In this document: piece by piece, positions 59,292-64,000 of the stretch
How the letters are laid out: each line of letters begins with the position of its first letter
How positions within the stretch are numbered: the first letter of the stretch is position 1
Assembly (NCBI GenBank): GCA_047947115.1
Contig: CP170459.1
Coordinates: forward strand, 3,712,001 to 3,776,000
Direction of reading: 5' to 3'
Origin: Verrucomicrobiota bacterium
GTDB taxonomy: Bacteria > Verrucomicrobiota > Verrucomicrobiia > Limisphaerales > AAA164-E04
DNA: 64,000 nt
Program-made: the position numbers and the translations under genes
Notes under the pieces: model-generated
What the model was told of the DNA's origin: nothing
The model's database searches: none
Seen by the model: the letters and a program-made list of their open reading frames with translations, nothing else

Positions 59292-62200
59292 ATGACAAGA
59301 GATCTGCTTAAACAAACCTGCAAAAAGCCCGTGCAGACGTTCTGTGTCCAGTCTGGCCCAGGCATGCAAGCTTTCCTGGTTTGGATGGCTTGTTTCCTCT
59401 TTTCAATGCAGGTCAATGCCCAGGTGCATACGATTCGAATCGACGAGGTCATGCCGCATAATGGCCGTACTTTGTCGGACGAATCCGGCAAATTCCCTGA
59501 TTGGGTGGAGCTTGTCAATACAGGCAATCAAGTGGTGGATTTGCGTGATCATGGATTGTCCATCGATCCGGAAAGGCCATTTTTGTTTCAATTTCCCACC
59601 TATCAACTGGCGCCAGGAGAGCGTGTGGTTGTTTTCTGTTCGGGACGTGATGATGTTCCGTTGGCGCCGGTAAGGCCAAGAGGAGAATCGGCCGTCAAGC
59701 CTTCCATGGACGGCGTGGTGTTTCATCTGGATGCGTCGGTGCAAGGCGCTTTTGAACTGCATGGAAACGGGGGGATTGCACAGTGGGCGGATCAGAGCGG
59801 GCAAGGCCATCATGCCCGCCAAACAGAACCGGAAAGGGCGCCCGTTTTCTCACGACTTGCGCCTCAAGGAACACCGGCCGTTTTCTTTGACGGCGAAAAT
59901 GATTTTTTTGAGTTGGATCCATTGAATAACACTAAAATGGTGTTTTGGGTCGGCGCTGAACACCCCTTTGCAACGGATGATTTTCGTCCCATCCTGGGAC
60001 ACTCGACCCAGAGCCCAATGATCCGGGGTTCGAACCACCAACTGGTGCATCACTGGTACGGAACAACCTGGCTGAATTCCGGGATTTTTATGAACGGGCA
60101 GTTGATTGATGGAGCCATTGAAGCTGCCCCGCTGTCCACTGCGTTGCTGACGTTTCGAACCCAGGCGCCACAGGCCATCAATACGTTGGGAACCGACCGG
60201 TTCATTGATAATCAATATTGGCATGGTTGGTTTTCCGAACTGATCTTTTTCGATCGCCTTCTTGGTAGTGATGAAGAAGCGGAAATACAGCGTTATTTGA
60301 TGGAAAAATGGGGCTTGCCGACACGTTATTTCCACGCGCCCTTTACGTTGCCGAATGAGAATGGGCTCCTGTTGTTGTCCGGTCCCGAAGGCGCTAGGTT
60401 GGACGCAGTCGCGTTGAAAAGGACCCTGAGGGATGTGTCCCTGCAAAGATTGGCTGACCGCAACGAGTTTGGTTTTGTGAAACATCCGTCGCCCGGATCT
60501 CCCCCGCAGGACAATGGTTACATGGGGATTCTTGAACCTGTTCATGCTTCGATCGCAGCGGGGGTGTATGATCAACCCGTATCGGTGGAACTCGGCCACG
60601 AGGATGGTGCTGTTCAGATTCGCTACACCTTGAACGGCGATGAACCGGGAGAGGACTCGATACTTTACTCCACCCCCATCAGCATCGCACGGTCCAGCGT
60701 CCTCAAAGCCAAAGCGTTCCGCCAGGATTATTTGTCGGGTGAGACCATGACGGCGTCCTATCTCATTGAATTTCCAACCACGATACCCGTTGTCTCCATC
60801 AGCGGACCTCCCGATGACTGGTTCAGCGCCGAAAGAGGTATTTATGCACTGGGCGAACGTGCCGACGCCGAGCGCCCACATTTTGGGGCGAACTTTTGGC
60901 AGGCCTGGGAGCGGGAAGTGGAGTTTGAATGGTTCGAACCTACTGGGGAACGAACGCATCAACAAAGGGCCGGAGCCAAGATTCATGGTGGGTGGTCCAG
61001 GGCATCAGATCAAAAATCCGTCGTGCTGATTGCCAGATCTCGTTACGGAAACAACCGGTTTGATGGCCGCTTTTTTGACTCCAACGAAAAGGTATCCGTC
61101 AAACAGTTGCTCCTGCGCAATGGTGGCAATGACTGGACACTTGCCATGCTGCGCGATCCGCTTGGGCAATCCCTGATGGGTGACATTGGATTGGACACCC
61201 AGCCTTATCGACCGGTGCATGTTTTTCTGAACGGCGAATATTACGGGATGCACAATCTGCGTCAGCGCGCCAACGAACATTTTCTTTCGGCAGAAACCGG
61301 GATTCCGGATGATCAGATGGATGTGGTCGCCAGTAATTTCGATGCGCTTGCCGGAGACCATGCCGGAGCGCTGGCGTTCATTCGTTGGATTGCCTTGCAG
61401 GATGCTTCTGATCCGAAATTCGAAGAGGAACTGGAGCGTCAAATGGATTTGGATAATTTCCTGGATTACATGATCGGGGAAATCTGCATTGATAACTTTG
61501 ATTGGCCCAACAACAACGTCCGCTTTTGGAAGGAACGCCAACCGGACGCGCGATGGCGATGGATGCCGTTCGACGTCGACGGAGCCTTCAATCCCCTTGG
61601 TTGGAGCATCCAGGTCAACACCATCCGAAGAATTATCAACTACAAAGTGCATTCCGCTGCCAAGGTGTTCGTAGCTGTCACTGAAAACGAAGCTCTCCTG
61701 CGACGTTTTATCCTGCGGTTTCAGCATCGACTCAACAACACCTTCTCCACTCACAACATGCTTTCCCGCCTTGAATCCATGGCATCGGCAATCCGCCCTG
61801 AAATGCCCCGGCACATCGAACGCTGGAAAGGAAGCAAGGTGGGGAATCTGTCATTCCCAAACACAATCAATGAATGGGAAGAGCGCCTGGACGTTATCCG
61901 GGAATTTGCCAGCGAGAGACCCGATGCGATACGTGGATTTGTGGCTTCGGAGTTTGGATTGGAAGAGCCCGTCTCCATTCGGTTGAATGTGCCTTCGTCT
62001 GATACTGGTGAGATCAGGATCGACGGATTGCCGTTGGTTCACCCCCAGGATGGCCCGTGGGAAGGACAGTTTTTCACGGAATACGACATCACTGTTTCGG
62101 CGCAACCAAAAAACGGATTTGCGTTTCGAGGTTGGGCCGAGTTGAACACCACCTCCCCGGAAATCACGGTGAGCCCTTCCCGGATTCGTTCTCTGACACC

Positions 62201-64000
62201 CGTGTTTGAGCAGATTGCGGAACCCATGCCAGCGGGAACGGAAGGAAGGATTCTTATCTCTGAAATCATGTATCATCCTGCCACACACAGGCCTAATGAA
62301 GAGTTCATCGAGTTGGTGAATGTGGATGATCATCCGGTGCAATTGCATGGGTGGAGCGTGGATCGAGGCATTTCGTTTGAATTCCCGGATGTGACGTTGG
62401 AGCCGGGTGGCTACGTCGTTGTGGCGGCGGATCCGGTGGCTTATCAGACTGCCTATCCGGATGCCCCGACGCCTCTGGGACCATGGTCGGGAAAACTCAA
62501 GAACTCAGGGGAACAGATCCGATTGAGGAATCATTTGAATCAGACAGTGGATGCTCTTGATTTTAAAGATGAGGGGGACTGGAGTGAAAGGGTCAGGGGA
62601 GTCCCGATGGGAGGACATCAGGGCTGGATGTGGTCCAATGCACATGATGGCGACGGGTATTCCCTTGAGCGAATCTCAATGAATGCCGACGGTAAACAGG
62701 GCCAGAATTGGGGCGCTTCAAAACAACTGGGCGGCACTCCCGGTGAGGTGAATTCCATCCATCAATCGATCCTGGCGCCATTCATCCTGCAGGTGAAGCA
62801 TACCCCCGCCGTACCAGGATCCGGCGACCATGTTTGGGTCAGTGCGAAGGTGGAACAAAGCGGAGATGAACCGCCATCCGCCGAAGTATGGTTTCGCATC
62901 GATGGGGAGACAGATTTTCAAATGCTGGCCATGCAAGATGATGGACTGGGCAAGGATCAAAAGGCAGGCGACGGTTTGTTTGGCGCCGAAATGCAACGGT
63001 TTCCAAACGGAACGATTGTTGAATTTTACGTAAAGGCAAAGAGTTCGAATGGCCTTACAAGGACCTGGCCCAACACGACTCCAGAAGGCCAGGTTGCCAA
63101 TGCCTTGTTTCAGGTGGATGACACAGTTTATCCGTCCCGGCATCCGGTTGCCCGGGTGATCACCACTGAGGCGGAGCGGCTGGAACTGGAGGCAATCGGG
63201 CGTTTGCCTTGGAACGCCAGTAGTGATGCGCAGATGAATGCCACATTTGTCATGATTGAAAACGGCATCGAAGAGATCCGGTATCAATCCGGTTTCCGTA
63301 TTCGGGGCACCACTTCGCGCAGTCTGAACCCAAAGAACCGGCGCGTTAATTTTCCCGGCGATCAACCCTGGCGTGGCAGGTCCTCCGTCCTGTTCAATGC
63401 AGTTAACGTGCCTTCCCACATCCTGGGATCCGAGCTGTTTCGCTTCGGTGGCGTGCCGGTATCTCCGGCCCGGCCTGTGATGTTTCTTGAAAACAATCGA
63501 AACCATGCTTCGGCTGATTTTTCCCAATTTGGCATGTATGCCCAGATGGAAGCCTTGAACGATTTGTTCGTGGAGCAACGATTCGCCGGGAATGAGAACG
63601 GGAATCTCTACCGACCCTACGGCTATGGAAATCTTGAGTTCCTGGGAACCGATCCGATGGCCTATCAGGAGCCAGGTTATTACGTGAAAGCAACCAATGT
63701 GGAAGAAAACGATTGGTCCGATTTGATTCGACTTACGCAGACATTGGCGGAGACATCCGATGCCCATTATGAAACCGCTGCTGAGACCGTGGCCCATGTA
63801 GAAGAGTGGTTGCGGTACTTTGCAATTGATACATTGACTGCCAACATGGAGACCAGTTTTGCCAACGGTGGAGCGGGGGACTATGCTTTTTATATCGGGG
63901 AAAGGGATCGTCGAGCGGTCCTGATTCCTTACGATCTGGACTCCCTGTTTGGGATGGCGGTAGGCGGTGTGGAGATGCCGATCTTTCGAGCCATCGCCAA
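59292..64000 (+). CDS. Very large exported lamin-tail-domain/CotH-kinase protein, partial (runs off window)
   Basis: Absent from the ORF track (no stop seen); same frame gives IDEVMPHN..DWVELVN (LTD), IRYTLNGDEP, GAKIHGGWSR...QKS (CotH, 60972), ISEIMYHP..EFIELVN (LTD), DDGLGKDQKAGDG, GFRIRGTTSR (second CotH, 63291), IPYDLDSLFG. Confidence 0.88.
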   Translation, partial: MTRDLLKQTCKKPVQTFCVQSGPGMQAFLVWMACFLFSMQVNAQVHTIRIDEVMPHNGRTLSDESGKFPDWVELVNTGNQVVDLRDHGLSIDPERPFLFQFPTYQLAPGERVVVFCSGRDDVPLAPVRPRGESAVKPSMDGVVFHLDASVQGAFELHGNGGIAQWADQSGQGHHARQTEPERAPVFSRLAPQGTPAVFFDGENDFFELDPLNNTKMVFWVGAEHPFATDDFRPILGHSTQSPMIRGSNHQLVHHWYGTTWLNSGIFMNGQLIDGAIEAAPLSTALLTFRTQAPQAINTLGTDRFIDNQYWHGWFSELIFFDRLLGSDEEAEIQRYLMEKWGLPTRYFHAPFTLPNENGLLLLSGPEGARLDAVALKRTLRDVSLQRLADRNEFGFVKHPSPGSPPQDNGYMGILEPVHASIAAGVYDQPVSVELGHEDGAVQIRYTLNGDEPGEDSILYSTPISIARSSVLKAKAFRQDYLSGETMTASYLIEFPTTIPVVSISGPPDDWFSAERGIYALGERADAERPHFGANFWQAWEREVEFEWFEPTGERTHQQRAGAKIHGGWSRASDQKSVVLIARSRYGNNRFDGRFFDSNEKVSVKQLLLRNGGNDWTLAMLRDPLGQSLMGDIGLDTQPYRPVHVFLNGEYYGMHNLRQRANEHFLSAETGIPDDQMDVVASNFDALAGDHAGALAFIRWIALQDASDPKFEEELERQMDLDNFLDYMIGEICIDNFDWPNNNVRFWKERQPDARWRWMPFDVDGAFNPLGWSIQVNTIRRIINYKVHSAAKVFVAVTENEALLRRFILRFQHRLNNTFSTHNMLSRLESMASAIRPEMPRHIERWKGSKVGNLSFPNTINEWEERLDVIREFASERPDAIRGFVASEFGLEEPVSIRLNVPSSDTGEIRIDGLPLVHPQDGPWEGQFFTEYDITVSAQPKNGFAFRGWAELNTTSPEITVSPSRIRSLTPVFEQIAEPMPAGTEGRILISEIMYHPATHRPNEEFIELVNVDDHPVQLHGWSVDRGISFEFPDVTLEPGGYVVVAADPVAYQTAYPDAPTPLGPWSGKLKNSGEQIRLRNHLNQTVDALDFKDEGDWSERVRGVPMGGHQGWMWSNAHDGDGYSLERISMNADGKQGQNWGASKQLGGTPGEVNSIHQSILAPFILQVKHTPAVPGSGDHVWVSAKVEQSGDEPPSAEVWFRIDGETDFQMLAMQDDGLGKDQKAGDGLFGAEMQRFPNGTIVEFYVKAKSSNGLTRTWPNTTPEGQVANALFQVDDTVYPSRHPVARVITTEAERLELEAIGRLPWNASSDAQMNATFVMIENGIEEIRYQSGFRIRGTTSRSLNPKNRRVNFPGDQPWRGRSSVLFNAVNVPSHILGSELFRFGGVPVSPARPVMFLENNRNHASADFSQFGMYAQMEALNDLFVEQRFAGNENGNLYRPYGYGNLEFLGTDPMAYQEPGYYVKATNVEENDWSDLIRLTQTLAETSDAHYETAAETVAHVEEWLRYFAIDTLTANMETSFANGGAGDYAFYIGERDRRAVLIPYDLDSLFGMAVGGVEMPIFRAIA

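Noticed and set aside
59850..63797. Long minus-strand ORFs (59850..60986, 61005..61814, 62718..63797)
   Set aside because: Shadows of the plus-strand LTD/CotH gene that the track omitted because it has no stop in the window
1..64000. CRISPR array or cas genes
   Set aside because: No regularly spaced direct repeats or Cas-like ORFs seen

Overview
Bacterial chromosome segment, probably from a marine Verrucomicrobiota/PVC organism (inferred from gene content and protein styles, not verified). Left flank (0.3-11.1 kb): hisD-hisC, a CzcCBA-like heavy-metal RND efflux operon bracketed by two His-rich ORFs, and nhaC. The middle (~11.2-46.9 kb) is an IS-riddled variable region ending at a tRNA-Thr(TGT). 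It holds a GT4/GH130/truncated PTS-EI cassette, IS630, an IS1634 remnant, a degraded IS21 with two passenger ORFs and several IS3 copies. Its most notable content is a Ser/Thr kinase + ECF sigma pair next to eleven related genes (ten intact, one truncated) for exported proteins built by shuffling a few small-ligand-binding-type modules (lipocalin-like 'LxGxW' barrels, dimeric alpha+beta-barrel-like pairs, SnoaL/NTF2-like domains, one TPR module). All four transcription units of that array are preceded by the same ECF-style motif, TG[G/T]C[G/A][C/G]-N17-CGT, which suggests a local kinase-activated ECF regulon; this is my best candidate for an undescribed system. Next to the tRNA is a 327-bp unit made of a GIY-YIG nuclease gene and a degenerate tRNA copy carrying a perfect 16-bp palindrome. 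Right flank (47.3-64 kb): hydrolase/DUF1080 protein, Tat-exported TIM-barrel isomerase, AraC-type HTH, apbE, clpS-DUF2017-aat-protease cluster, a 10-repeat propeller protein, an SGNH esterase, and a very large LTD/CotH protein running off the window end. All family calls come from motif recognition by eye; no searches were run.
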